Positions 46,068 to 56,505 of a DNA stretch of 64,000 bases are shown here, one piece after another. The DNA comes from a virus. The translations under genes were made by a program, and so were the position numbers. The notes beneath the pieces are model-generated. The model did not search any database, was not told where the DNA came from, and worked only from the letters and a program-made list of their open reading frames with translations. The stretch covers positions 1 through 64,000 of IMG/VR virus record IMGVR_UViG_3300020160_001428. The stretch is one strand, 5' to 3'. Each line of letters begins with the position of its first letter. Position 1 is the stretch's first letter.

Positions 46068-46999
46068 AGCATATCTCCAATTATATCATCAAGTGAATGT
46101 TTAGGACTATAATCAATGGCTGCTTTAATCTTAGTCAAGTCAGGTACACGTTTATAGATATCACCGTGATGTTTACTAAATGCCTGTTCATAAGGCACTA
46201 ACTGTATTTTAGAATTCGAGCCAGATATAGCAATAACACGCTCTGCTAGTTGCTTAATACTGACTGGTTCATCATTACCAATGTTGAACAGCTCTCCGTT
46301 TATATCAGACAGTTTTATTAGAGCATCAACTGCATCACTAACGTGGCAGAAACTACGCACCTGTTCACCTGTACCATATACTATAATATCTTCGTTGTTC
46401 TTTGCGGCTTTGATCATACGGGGTAATACCATACCATAGTCACCTAGCTGTCCAGGGCCTACTACATTAAAGAACCGTACAATGGTAAATGGAAACTCAC
46501 TAGCACGTATCATAAACTCTGTTGTCAGCTTGGCACTGGCATATCCCCAACGTAGTTTACTGCTAGGCCCAATGCTGGCATTGGCTTCTTCGTGGAAAGG
46601 ACCTTCTCCGTAGATTTCACTTGTGCTAGAAAATGTCACGTGTCTGTTCCGTAGCTTTTGAAACAGGGGAATCATCTTGTTAGCCAGTGCAAGGTTGTTA
46701 AACAAAGTACCACTTGGATCTTTGTCTACATGTTCTACTCCCACACTTCCTGCAAGCATAAAGATTTTATCGTGCTTGCGAGCAATCTTAAGGAATTCAT
46801 TATCGTCCATTGTAGTCAAATCAGCCTCAACAAATCTATAAAGATTTTTATGCTGTTTGAATTGTTCTAGACCTTCTTTGTTAGCAGTCTTAAGGTTATC
46901 AATAACTGTAACGCCAACATGACGTTCCTTAGAATCAAAGAGTGCTTTGGTCAGTTGCTGGCCTATGAAGCCCGCGCCTCCCAGAATTAAATAATTCAT
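46064..46999 (-). CDS. NAD-dependent epimerase/dehydratase (extended SDR)
   Basis: GGAGFIG, SSTSEIYG, YASAK, RFFNVVGP, RSFCHVSD. Confidence 0.9.
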   Translation of the reverse strand: MNYLILGGAGFIGQQLTKALFDSKERHVGVTVIDNLKTANKEGLEQFKQHKNLYRFVEADLTTMDDNEFLKIARKHDKIFMLAGSVGVEHVDKDPSGTLFNNLALANKMIPLFQKLRNRHVTFSSTSEIYGEGPFHEEANASIGPSSKLRWGYASAKLTTEFMIRASEFPFTIVRFFNVVGPGQLGDYGMVLPRMIKAAKNNEDIIVYGTGEQVRSFCHVSDAVDALIKLSDINGELFNIGNDEPVSIKQLAERVIAISGSNSKIQLVPYEQAFSKHHGDIYKRVPDLTKIKAAIDYSPKHSLDDIIGDML

Positions 47000-47567
47000 A
47001 AATTTGTCCTAATGTTATTTCCTCAATGGGTATCTGCTTGCAATCTGCCATTGCTTCTACCACATCATCTATGTGTGCAATATAATGCATTTTATCTGGA
47101 TCAGTTGGCACATACGCTGTACCGTCTATGCACCTTTGTATAAAACTATCCGAGCTTGCGCCAGGACCGTATACACTAGGTATACGATAATTGATGTAAC
47201 TAGCTACTCCAGCACTATGTTCTAAATAAACTTCCATACATCTCTTAGCTATATTATACGCTGTTTGCGGACCTTTGTCAACTCCTATTAACTTAGCGCC
47301 TTGACTACTAGCATTAACAAAAAATGCCGTTGGACATACAGCTAGTGCCTTTCGAGTAGCATCCATAATAGTATCCATTACTTCTCTAGGATTACTATTC
47401 ATGTACTCAGTTGAACTTGGACAGGCCAAATGATATACCATATCACATTCTATTTGTTTAAAGGAGCGGTCGATAGGATATACTATATGTCCTCGACGAA
47501 CTAGACTTTCAACTAATCTAGTTCCAATAAATCCTGTTGCTCCCGTTACTGCTACTTTCCTTACCAT
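46935..47567 (-). CDS. NAD-dependent epimerase/dehydratase, short, UXS-like
   Basis: TGATGFIG, HLACPSS, YNIAK, RIPSVYGP. Confidence 0.8.
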   Translation of the reverse strand: MVRKVAVTGATGFIGTRLVESLVRRGHIVYPIDRSFKQIECDMVYHLACPSSTEYMNSNPREVMDTIMDATRKALAVCPTAFFVNASSQGAKLIGVDKGPQTAYNIAKRCMEVYLEHSAGVASYINYRIPSVYGPGASSDSFIQRCIDGTAYVPTDPDKMHYIAHIDDVVEAMADCKQIPIEEITLGQIYELFNSGRRGLHRPATDQSTL

Positions 47568-48031
47568 GGTGCGTTATCCCATCCTAATCTTATAAATCTA
47601 ACTCCAGTGTCCTGTAATCCATATTTGATTGTTCTAATAAATGAACGCCCTGTCTCTGGGGTAAACAAAGGAATGTCTAAGGCATTAGTGAGCAAGTTAT
47701 CATCGTCAACTAAGTGCCCGCGACCGCAGATACTATAACAACCATTGTGCCCAGCATTAACAAAGATAATACTACCGTTATGTTCTGCCCAACCTTTAAT
47801 ATTGAGTTTGATTTGTTCGTATGCTTTATACAATACAAAGCCCGCAACTCCGTATATTATAACACGCTTTCCTTGACTTGCAAGGCCTGCCGCTATGTTA
47901 ACCATATTAGGTTCTTGTACGCCGCAGTTGATTATTTTATAGTTGCCGTCAGTCCACTTCCACATGTCTGCATGTAGAAAGTAAACTTCTCCTGGATAAC
48001 GATTTAAAAATTTATGTAAAGTTGCTCTCAT
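47561..48031 (-). CDS. Transketolase-like pyrimidine-binding subunit
   Basis: INCGVQEPNMVNIAAGLASQG, KAYEQI, FIRL. Confidence 0.8.
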   Translation of the reverse strand: MRATLHKFLNRYPGEVYFLHADMWKWTDGNYKIINCGVQEPNMVNIAAGLASQGKRVIIYGVAGFVLYKAYEQIKLNIKGWAEHNGSIIFVNAGHNGCYSICGRGHLVDDDNLLTNALDIPLFTPETGRSFIRTIKYGLQDTGVRFIRLGWDNAPW

Positions 48032-49292
48032 CTTCTAACCATTTATAGTATAGCGTTCCTCTGTGTATGTCAATTAGTTCTTGTGGGTTTACTGTGTCAG
48101 CTGGTCGAGCTACATCATCTCTAAAGCCAGATAATACATAATCCCACGCTTCCGCTGGAAATATATCAATTTCTTTACGATCCTCTACAGGGACGGTTTT
48201 GTAATGATTCCAGTAGTCGTTGTCTCGTTTAGAATATTTGTAGTGGGCAATGATAAAATTCATTACGGAATCAAATTCATCATTTGTCTCTGCATTGTAT
48301 TCATCTTCTTCAAGTGTGCCATTAATATATGCTGTTAATCTTTTTAGTGCAGAAGTTACCAAATATAATCCAGTTGATTCGATCGGCTCAATGAACGCAG
48401 ACGCTAGTCCAATGGCAACTATATTATCTTTCAAGTGTATTTTGTTTCTGCCTGTAGTCATTGAAACAGATCCAATTTGATGCGGTTCTACAGTAATATG
48501 AAACTTATCCTGTGCATACTTAATAAAATCATCCAATACATCGTATTTGCTGTCATGTACATATCCAATAGCTAGCTCAGTACCTAACGGAATATTCCAT
48601 ATCCAACCATGCGGCATTGCTTTGAATATACTATATGGTTTACATTGCATTTCTTTATCAGTATATGCGTGTCTAAAGACCAATGCACGATTGTTTGGTA
48701 TTTTATCTGCAATACTTACAAAGTTATCCGGCCATGAGGCTACATATCTCCCAAAACCAGTGCTATCAATAAGAAGATCACATGTTCCTTCTACATCTTT
48801 TAAAGTTACAAATTTGCGTATAATTGTTAAATTAGGAATACTAGGCGCTAGTGTATCCATATAGGCTAACAGTTCAGTGGCTCTAAAATGCACAGAAATA
48901 TCTTTGTATTCTAAAATATTATCGGGTATCTTATCAGTTGCTATTATCTTATCTATACTTGAACTGTTGTACCTGTCAGTCTGTCCTACTCCAAACGGAA
49001 ATGTAAAACTTTCTCCGTTTTGATTAAAGTCTTGAAACTTAATTCCAAGTTTAAGTGTGCCATTACAGTGATTAATAACATCCTTGTGAGAGATGCCAAG
49101 ATCGTTTAGAAATTGACTTACGTCTGGTATAAGAGCTTCACCAACCCCTATAGGTTTGTTCTCTTCGGGATATATCCAAGTAATTTCTTTGTCAGGATAT
49201 TGCTTTGACAAATAGAATGCTGTTAGGTATCCTGAAGTTCCTGCACCAACGATTGTAATTCGGTTAATGTTTCTATCTTTTTGTAATGCCAT
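48012..49292 (-). CDS. Flavin-dependent tryptophan-halogenase-like protein
   Basis: GAGTSG, IGVGEA, KLGIKF, GWIWNIP (WxWxIP), FIEPIESTG, FIIAHY. Confidence 0.85.
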   Translation of the reverse strand: MALQKDRNINRITIVGAGTSGYLTAFYLSKQYPDKEITWIYPEENKPIGVGEALIPDVSQFLNDLGISHKDVINHCNGTLKLGIKFQDFNQNGESFTFPFGVGQTDRYNSSSIDKIIATDKIPDNILEYKDISVHFRATELLAYMDTLAPSIPNLTIIRKFVTLKDVEGTCDLLIDSTGFGRYVASWPDNFVSIADKIPNNRALVFRHAYTDKEMQCKPYSIFKAMPHGWIWNIPLGTELAIGYVHDSKYDVLDDFIKYAQDKFHITVEPHQIGSVSMTTGRNKIHLKDNIVAIGLASAFIEPIESTGLYLVTSALKRLTAYINGTLEEDEYNAETNDEFDSVMNFIIAHYKYSKRDNDYWNHYKTVPVEDRKEIDIFPAEAWDYVLSGFRDDVARPADTVNPQELIDIHRGTLYYKWLEDESNFT

Positions 49293-49939
49293 TTTTTAAT
49301 ATCCTGTTGTATACTAGTAACTCCGTGTCCTTTATGCGTATGAAAAATATACACATTAGGCACTGTATCTACAGCATTGTTATATGCTGTTAAAATCTTT
49401 GTCCTATCATGTCCATCTACTTCTTGCACAAACCAGCTGTATTCTTTAAAGAACTGAATAGTAGGTTTAATTTTTAAAACGTCACTGACGTTTCCCGTAA
49501 CTTGTGCATTGTTATAATCAATAGTTAAGAATATATTCTTAATATTATGATGCCCGATAAACTGGATAGCTTCTAAGGTATTACCCATTTGTAGTGCGGC
49601 GTCGCTAATGTTGACCCACACACGCTTATCTGTAGTCATAGCAATACCAATGGCAACACCGAGTGCATTGCCCATTGTTTCTTCACCATAGTCTACAAAT
49701 ACAATTTCATCGTGTTTGACTCCTACACTTAGGTCTTCGATCTTATCTAAGAAGCCTAATTTCTGCCATACTAGATAGTATAACTGTGCTCCAAATGGTT
49801 TGCCTATTACAATATGATCTTTGTAAGGTACAACAATCTGTTCTGTGAACAATACATCAACATAGTCAAGCATACTCATAGCACTGGCGATATGACTTAG
49901 GCCATTTTGATAAGAATATTCAAGTAGCTGACGTTTCAT
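49223..49939 (-). CDS. Transketolase-like ThDP-binding subunit
   Basis: SHIASAMS, GNALGVAIG, SDAALQMGNTLEA...DYNN (variant GDG..N), VDGHD, THKGHG. Confidence 0.8.
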   Translation of the reverse strand: MKRQLLEYSYQNGLSHIASAMSMLDYVDVLFTEQIVVPYKDHIVIGKPFGAQLYYLVWQKLGFLDKIEDLSVGVKHDEIVFVDYGEETMGNALGVAIGIAMTTDKRVWVNISDAALQMGNTLEAIQFIGHHNIKNIFLTIDYNNAQVTGNVSDVLKIKPTIQFFKEYSWFVQEVDGHDRTKILTAYNNAVDTVPNVYIFHTHKGHGVTSIQQDIKKWHYKKIETLTELQSLVQELQDT

Positions 49940-50514
49940 TTTGGAATTAACTTTCCCATAGTTAACTTGTCTAGCGGATATTCTAATATTCCAGATTTAA
50001 AATTTAGAATTGCATCTATAGTTTTGGCTACAAAGACATCAACATCTAAATATAGATCTTCAAAAGGTATGTCTGTATAGTCCTTACGTAATATCCTAGG
50101 CTGTAGTCTATCTGATTTCATTGCCGTAACGTCTGCTAGTCTTGTACTGTATATTGTGCCAATTCGCAATATTAAATAGTCGTCGCAATTATATTTGATA
50201 TAGTTTTCTAAATAGAATTTACCAAGATTGTAACTAGTACTGCCAGAGTGATCTAATATTAGATCGTCAACGCCAGTTGTACTAGCAAATACAATTGGCA
50301 TATCTAATCTATCAACTAATTTAATTGTTTCTCTAACATACTGATGCATGACATGTGCGTCATGCTGTGACAAATGGCTGTGTGTAAATGTAGGACTGCC
50401 AAGGTGCAGATACATGTCAATATTCTGTGTACCGTCTACCCATTCTATTTCAGTTCGTTCTCTTAATTTGCTAGCTAGGAATCCGCCCCAGCCTGATAAT
50501 CCAACTTTTTTCAT
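49936..50514 (-). CDS. Divergent SDR/epimerase-like protein
   Basis: GWGGFLAS, FAST, YNLGK. Confidence 0.6.
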   Translation of the reverse strand: MKKVGLSGWGGFLASKLRERTEIEWVDGTQNIDMYLHLGSPTFTHSHLSQHDAHVMHQYVRETIKLVDRLDMPIVFASTTGVDDLILDHSGSTSYNLGKFYLENYIKYNCDDYLILRIGTIYSTRLADVTAMKSDRLQPRILRKDYTDIPFEDLYLDVDVFVAKTIDAILNFKSGILEYPLDKLTMGKLIPK

Positions 50515-51596
50515 ATTGATACTGTTCCTGGTTTTCTAGATAGGTAAAAGTCTCCGCCGCAGTAATCCCACCGGCAGACAGTTCCTGTTTTAAATAATAT
50601 AGATAATTTAGTTATTGCTAACTTGTCTGTTACTAGATTAGTATATGGCACTTCGGGCGCACTATCGCGAATGAAGTTTGTCATATGTATTCCGCAATGG
50701 AACACATTGCCGTCACCGTTGATAGTTATAGACTCTTGTCCTGCCGCACACTTCCAGCCACGTGCATCTATGCCCAATTTAAATAGATCATTTGTGGTGT
50801 ATATTACATCGTCGATTTCGTATCGTTGTTCTGTTTTGTTGTGTTGCTTATAAAATGCCATATGCTTTTCTGCAACATCTTCTGGATATACATAATGACA
50901 GAAGCCATAGATCATTTCGCAGTTTTGTATTTTTTCATATTCTAAATAGGAAACAACTTTGGCATAAAACTCTTCAGGAATAACTTCTACAGTCTTTCCC
51001 TGATACCATCGATCGCCGCGTTCAACGTTCTCCATCATAATATCCATGTTGTGGATAGGAATGCCTAGCTCTTTAAGCACTTCCCAGTTATGGTCGAAGT
51101 CTTTAAGTTTATTCATCCGCTTGAGTTCTAAGTAGTGGAAACTAGCATTAAATTGATCACAGTACGGAAGCATAGCACGTAGCTTATCTTCTTTAATAGT
51201 AAGATTAGTCTGCATCTCGTTGTATGCATTAATACCAGTCTCGGCACCCTTTTGATGTATATACTTTAGAATGTCTAAGCAACGAGGATGTCTAGTAGGT
51301 TCTCCTCCGTGATAGTAAAACAACACGGATTTAAATCCTTGTTTTTGAAAAAACTCAAACAATTTATCAACTGTTATAATAATATCTTCGTATGTGTAAT
51401 GTTTTCCGCTATGCCAGTGACAGTAATTACATTTTAGATCACATGCTTCTGTAATACGGAATGTGACCATATAGTCGTAGTCTATACCACCTTGCTCGAG
51501 GTTGCTGAGCATGTTATAGGACCGCAGTGGTTTAATTTGCCCAACTTGCATGTCTTCTTTATGTCTAACTACTTTGAGTTTTTTCCAATCTGCCAT
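50511..51596 (-). CDS. Radical SAM protein with C-terminal Twitch/SPASM-like Cys region
   Basis: CDLKCNYC, HGGEPT, QTN; CAAGQESITINGDGNVFHC...CRWDYC. Confidence 0.9.
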   Translation of the reverse strand: MADWKKLKVVRHKEDMQVGQIKPLRSYNMLSNLEQGGIDYDYMVTFRITEACDLKCNYCHWHSGKHYTYEDIIITVDKLFEFFQKQGFKSVLFYYHGGEPTRHPRCLDILKYIHQKGAETGINAYNEMQTNLTIKEDKLRAMLPYCDQFNASFHYLELKRMNKLKDFDHNWEVLKELGIPIHNMDIMMENVERGDRWYQGKTVEVIPEEFYAKVVSYLEYEKIQNCEMIYGFCHYVYPEDVAEKHMAFYKQHNKTEQRYEIDDVIYTTNDLFKLGIDARGWKCAAGQESITINGDGNVFHCGIHMTNFIRDSAPEVPYTNLVTDKLAITKLSILFKTGTVCRWDYCGGDFYLSRKPGTVSI

Positions 51597-51632
51597 TTAT
51601 ATTATCCTTGTGCTATTGTAAACTATTTGCAG

Positions 51633-52475
51633 TTAATTGTCAACCTGATTGTAAAAAAACAGGAACTGAGGTATAAAGCAAACAGCATTGCCCAATTTGA
51701 CTTCTACTACCTCCCCTTTAAATTTTCCAGTTGGATCACTTTTAGGAATAAAGTTAAATTTTGAATTCGTGTTCTTTAAAGCAGGAAGTGTTGTTGTTTT
51801 ATATTTGGATTGTAAATGTAACAGTTCTATTCGTGTCATATGTTCTAATTTAGATTTTGAATCAGTGTCAATACTATCAAACTCTACGTTTTCGACCACT
51901 TGATATAGATCATCAACTTTGTTTAAAAATATTCCACTGCTAACTAATTCGTCAAATAGTTCTCGAGCTTCACTAACAGTAATAAACTCGTAGTCATTGT
52001 TGTAGACAAAACTTTTAAAATAATCTAAGAGATCGTTAGAGGAATCAAAATGCTTGCGGGCAATTGCTTCTAAGTTATCAAATCTGTTTTGAAATTGCGT
52101 GTCTTTCCAGTCTTTCCATATAAAATCTAAGAAGTAATCTCGATTGCATGTCACACTGTCTGCCCACCATAGTCTATGAAATATAGTTCTTGCAAAACAA
52201 TTGGCTTGGAACACAAATTCATTTAATTCCAAGTAAGCGCATTTATCTTTATACATGAGAGTTTCACAGATTATATCAAAGAATGGAACGTTATGTTCAG
52301 TTAGATGATAGGTATTAATTTCATTGTGAGCGCATCTGGGTTTTATTTGATGTGTTGGATATCTACTGTTGAGATCAACTGCTCTTGCTGTTTTTATACC
52401 TTGTATAAAATTGACAATACTATTAAACTCAGAGCTTTCTAAGTATTCAGTAGTGTTTACGTTGTAAGGAGTCAT
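51633..52475 (-). CDS. Hypothetical protein
   Basis: 280 aa ORF inside the radical SAM cluster. Confidence 0.55.
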   Translation of the reverse strand: MTPYNVNTTEYLESSEFNSIVNFIQGIKTARAVDLNSRYPTHQIKPRCAHNEINTYHLTEHNVPFFDIICETLMYKDKCAYLELNEFVFQANCFARTIFHRLWWADSVTCNRDYFLDFIWKDWKDTQFQNRFDNLEAIARKHFDSSNDLLDYFKSFVYNNDYEFITVSEARELFDELVSSGIFLNKVDDLYQVVENVEFDSIDTDSKSKLEHMTRIELLHLQSKYKTTTLPALKNTNSKFNFIPKSDPTGKFKGEVVEVKLGNAVCFIPQFLFFYNQVDN

Positions 52476-53272
52476 TCTTTGCTCCTTAAGAAAAATCTCA
52501 TTAACTCTCCATAAAACTCGTCATCTGTCATTTCTCTTCCGGTTATTTTAAAACTTTTTACTCCCATTGCAATTAGTCGTTGCATGGCATCGGGTTTAAT
52601 ATCCATACAATCATACTTGCTGTCTCTACTAGGATCAAACTTTGGTAGCCAACATTCTTCTACTTCTGCGCTGTATGGTCTGCCTGCGGTGTTTTCATCA
52701 GCAATGGCTTTAAAGTGTTGATCCCAATATTTGCAACCCCATATACAAGTGTCGTTCAACATGACTTCCCACTTGGAGCAGTCAAGCTCAGTTGCTCTAG
52801 GATCAAATATGTGTTCAAATCTTGGCACTATCCAATCGTATTTGCTTTCAAGGTCTTTGTACCATGCAATATCAGAATCCTGTAATGGTATATTAAGTAG
52901 GCCCATTCCTGTTATGCTATAGATTAGATCGTATTTGGGAAAGTGTGTTCTCACATACTGACGTAGATCATCATTGACTATGATTAAAGAGTTACCTTCT
53001 CTGTGAAATTTTTCTAGTAGATGGTTTCCTGTCTCGTCATCTAAATTGATCTTGTGATTGCTCATGGTAAGAGCGATGCTTACATTTTTATTATAATAAT
53101 AATTAATTAAAGCATCGTTATAGAACACGTCTCGATTTATTCGACCACCGTTCCATCGACACTTATTGATGCCATCATAGACTACTAGATTGTCTAGACT
53201 CGTGGCCTTATTTCCTAAAAATTTAATTAAAGGAATGGACTTACTAAATGCTCCTGCTATTAAATATCTCAT
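52472..53272 (-). CDS. Peptidase U32-like Fe-S protein
   Basis: WNGGR, LNDTCIWGC...H...C, and GVKSFKITGRE (cf. U32 G..SLKIEGR). Confidence 0.6.
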   Translation of the reverse strand: MRYLIAGAFSKSIPLIKFLGNKATSLDNLVVYDGINKCRWNGGRINRDVFYNDALINYYYNKNVSIALTMSNHKINLDDETGNHLLEKFHREGNSLIIVNDDLRQYVRTHFPKYDLIYSITGMGLLNIPLQDSDIAWYKDLESKYDWIVPRFEHIFDPRATELDCSKWEVMLNDTCIWGCKYWDQHFKAIADENTAGRPYSAEVEECWLPKFDPSRDSKYDCMDIKPDAMQRLIAMGVKSFKITGREMTDDEFYGELMRFFLRSKE

Positions 53273-53279
53273 TTGTTTC

Positions 53280-54029
53280 TCACATTAAGAAGCATTTATT
53301 TTTTGGACAAATGCCGTCTGTTTTTATTCTATAACAACAATTATACATTTCCAATTGCGGACTGTATAAAAAGTACTTGTCTTTGTATAAACAAGGTTTT
53401 CCCTTTGGGCTAAATGTCACACTGGCCCAAACTTCAGATCTAGGTTTACCCAACCGAGTTACTTCTTCAAATTTTATAATCTTACTATAGGCCGGGTCAT
53501 TTTTTAATTTAAGATATTCTTGCAATGCAATATTGCTTCGACCATCACCAAAATCTGTAATAGGCGTTAGATACACGTTGCCGGTTTTGGTATGTTCTTT
53601 TACCTTAAGATAATACCATATTGCTTCTTTGCCGCTAAACATTACATCGATTACCCTACAGGTAATATTTTCTTTAAGGATGTCTTCTATATCTTCATGG
53701 CTAACTTCAGTTGGATGTATGCTAGCCTGCAGGGTATAAGGCTCGCTAATGGTTTTCATTACTTCAATGCTGTGTTTGCTAAGATTAGTCTGAATGACAA
53801 ATGGTATTTGAAATTCATTAAAGCACTTAATAATATATCCAATTTCAGGATGCACAAATGGTTCGCCACCAAAGACAAATACCTCAACGCCCGGATACGT
53901 ATCTCCTAGCATCTTGACAAATGTTCTTAGTGTGTTGTGATCTGTAACATGATGTATACTTTTGTCCAAGTTGGAACAATAGTAACAGTTGTAGTTACAT
54001 TTCATAGTGACTTCCCATTCAACTTGCAT
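53280..54029 (-). CDS. Radical SAM protein
   Basis: CNYNCYYC, FGGEP, QTNLS; C-terminal C..CC..C..C. Confidence 0.88.
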   Translation of the reverse strand: MQVEWEVTMKCNYNCYYCSNLDKSIHHVTDHNTLRTFVKMLGDTYPGVEVFVFGGEPFVHPEIGYIIKCFNEFQIPFVIQTNLSKHSIEVMKTISEPYTLQASIHPTEVSHEDIEDILKENITCRVIDVMFSGKEAIWYYLKVKEHTKTGNVYLTPITDFGDGRSNIALQEYLKLKNDPAYSKIIKFEEVTRLGKPRSEVWASVTFSPKGKPCLYKDKYFLYSPQLEMYNCCYRIKTDGICPKNKCFLM

Positions 54030-54927
54030 TCTTTACCTTAAGTTGTTTTAGTAGCCCGTCACAGTTGCAGGCCTTATGCGGACAAATCATGGGAATTGTT
54101 TTAGTGATGTTTTTAAAGAAATCTGGATTACGCAATAGATTTACGTCATCTTCTTTTGCTAGACAAAACTTTACTACATTTCCACGCACATCAATTTCAT
54201 AGTTGTTGTTATAGCAACTCCAACCTTTAAAATTAGTTAGTCCTTGTTGAAAGACTTGATAATCATTAAACCGGTCGTTGTCATAGGCTAGATCTTTTTC
54301 TATTTCATCTTCAAAGAACTTAAAGTATTCCCAAAATTCTTTGCGATAGTTAAACAATTTCTGTATAGTATTTCCGTAGATAAAATGAGGGTGTATTTTG
54401 AGTCCAGGTATTCCCTTGCAAATTTCATACATTTCTTTTATCTGTGGCCACAGTCGTTTATCGTGGTGTAGCATAATATTAACTTTACACTTGTACCCAC
54501 GTTCAACCATGTGTTTCATGTTGTTGACAAATCTAACAGGGTCAGTGCAATCAGCAGGATGATAGCTGAATAAAAATGCTAACCTATCATAGTGTGGATG
54601 AGTTGTTAAATCCTTTTCAGCATTAGTTACTACGTAGACAAATTGAAACTTTTCTAATGCAGAAATCTTATCTAGTATATAATAGTAGTGTGGTCCGATA
54701 GTGGGTTCTCCACCTAGTAGGCCCAAGTTGAAAGGCAGGCTACTTCTATCCAGTGCTTCAATAACGCCGTCGATAGTCTGCTTGCTAGATATTTTACCCC
54801 ACTCTTTTCCATACTCGTTTCGAGCATAGCAGTAGGAACAATGCAGTTGGCAAATGGTCAAACTATCCCAATGTACATTAATGTGATCAGGATCTTGTTG
54901 TATATGATGTTGTTTTACGTAGTCCAT
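54019..54927 (-). CDS. Radical SAM protein
   Basis: CQLHCSYC, LGGEPT; CYNNNYEIDVRG...C...CPHKACNC. Confidence 0.88.
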   Translation of the reverse strand: MDYVKQHHIQQDPDHINVHWDSLTICQLHCSYCYARNEYGKEWGKISSKQTIDGVIEALDRSSLPFNLGLLGGEPTIGPHYYYILDKISALEKFQFVYVVTNAEKDLTTHPHYDRLAFLFSYHPADCTDPVRFVNNMKHMVERGYKCKVNIMLHHDKRLWPQIKEMYEICKGIPGLKIHPHFIYGNTIQKLFNYRKEFWEYFKFFEDEIEKDLAYDNDRFNDYQVFQQGLTNFKGWSCYNNNYEIDVRGNVVKFCLAKEDDVNLLRNPDFFKNITKTIPMICPHKACNCDGLLKQLKVKNAS

Positions 54928-55856
54928 GATCTCTCTTTATAGTAGTTGGTCATTCTTCTCGATGGGCAGATGTCATTTGGACACGTTTCTTTTTTAACAA
55001 TATCTCCGCCTAGATATAAAGGTAACTTCTTTCCAGTACAGGTAATATCAATAGTGCCATCTATCCTAACCGTTAAACTTGCAGGAGTACAGGTATAACC
55101 TTTAAACTTATTTAGGCCTTGATATTCTATCTCGTAATCTTTTAATATTCTTTGACTGCCGTCATCAAAGGTACAGTCAACTTCTTCAAAGTAGGTCCAC
55201 CCTCCCATTGCACCGTCTGTGTTTTCAGCTTCTTCCAAGTATGTATGAAATGTGTTAAAAAATTCATCTGTATAGTTTGGGGTAAAGTCTTGTGTTGGTG
55301 CTAGTATGCAAGGCTTAAATTCAATATTGTTAGTCTTTAAGAAATTAAGAAACTCTAAGGTAGTTGTCCATAATGCAGTATCGTCACTCATACTGACATG
55401 TACTGAGAATCGTATATCGGGCAATTTGTTTATTTCTAAACATTTATTAAAAAACTTAGGGTGTGCATACTGTGGATGATAGGAAGCAAATACAACCAAT
55501 TTTCCTGCGCCTATATTACTGAGGGTATCATAAAACTCGACAGGTTTAACCAAATTAGTAAAAAATGATATGTCCTGACATTGCTCCATATCAGCTAATC
55601 CTTGAACAACTTCTTGCACATAAGGATATAACGTAGGTTCACCTCCGGTAATGCAGATATTAAATGGCATCTTAATGTTATTCAGTCGGGCTAATGTTAT
55701 TTGGTGATTAGCAGTATGATCGGGTTTTGAAAAGTCGTTAGACAATGATCTCAGAACTGGACAGTACGAGCATTTAAAATTGCACCAGTTAGTTAATGGC
55801 CAGTCAATAAAGAGGCGTTCTACTGGTCTTCCACAACTAAGAATTGGGTTTATCAA
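54915..55856 (-). CDS. Radical SAM protein
   Basis: CNFKCSYC, TGGEPT; CTPASLTVRIDG...C...CPNDIC. Confidence 0.88.
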   Translation of the reverse strand: MINPILSCGRPVERLFIDWPLTNWCNFKCSYCPVLRSLSNDFSKPDHTANHQITLARLNNIKMPFNICITGGEPTLYPYVQEVVQGLADMEQCQDISFFTNLVKPVEFYDTLSNIGAGKLVVFASYHPQYAHPKFFNKCLEINKLPDIRFSVHVSMSDDTALWTTTLEFLNFLKTNNIEFKPCILAPTQDFTPNYTDEFFNTFHTYLEEAENTDGAMGGWTYFEEVDCTFDDGSQRILKDYEIEYQGLNKFKGYTCTPASLTVRIDGTIDITCTGKKLPLYLGGDIVKKETCPNDICPSRRMTNYYKERSWTT

Positions 55857-56505
55857 CGGCGTTTCCTTCTAAACAATGATATGTTGTATTTACTAGGGAA
55901 TTAGCCTGTGAAAAAGAAATGTTGTCTCCACCATCTATTGTCTGATAATAGAATACCTTGTTTAGGGTTTTGATCGACTTGGCTTGAAGTGCGGCATGGA
56001 CTGTTAGTTTGATATCGTTGTGTATGTTACTGTCCATGGGAAACTCAAAATCAATTATACAATCACGTTTATATATGTGCTGTGATAGTTGCAGATGCTC
56101 GGTGTTTAATCTATCTAAAAACTCGTCCGATGTTAACTGACTATTTTTGTACAATGTCATAAAAGTTAACATATTTGATGTTTCATATGTAGGGCAATAA
56201 TTCCCTACTATTAAGTCAGCGTCTAATCTAATAGTTAGAAAGTCTTTATGCAGATAGTCATCATCTTCCAAATAATAAACATATTCGCCCTGAGCAATTT
56301 CTAATAAAAATTTATACTTTTCACATAGACTACCTGATGCATAGTAGAAGTATTTTACCTGCGGATGTTTAATTTCTTCAATATCGCAACTATCATTATT
56401 AACTAATACTTCAACTCCGGGAGTAATCTGTGCAAGAACACTTTCTAAACAACGAGTAAACAGCTTAGGTCGATTATGAGTAAGGATTAAAATACTTAAA
56501 TGCAC
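55837..56505 (-). CDS. Glycosyltransferase family 2
   Basis: LSILILTHNR...CLESV and YYLEDDDY (DxD). Confidence 0.82.
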   Translation of the reverse strand: MHLSILILTHNRPKLFTRCLESVLAQITPGVEVLVNNDSCDIEEIKHPQVKYFYYASGSLCEKYKFLLEIAQGEYVYYLEDDDYLHKDFLTIRLDADLIVGNYCPTYETSNMLTFMTLYKNSQLTSDEFLDRLNTEHLQLSQHIYKRDCIIDFEFPMDSNIHNDIKLTVHAALQAKSIKTLNKVFYYQTIDGGDNISFSQANSLVNTTYHCLEGNAVDKPNS

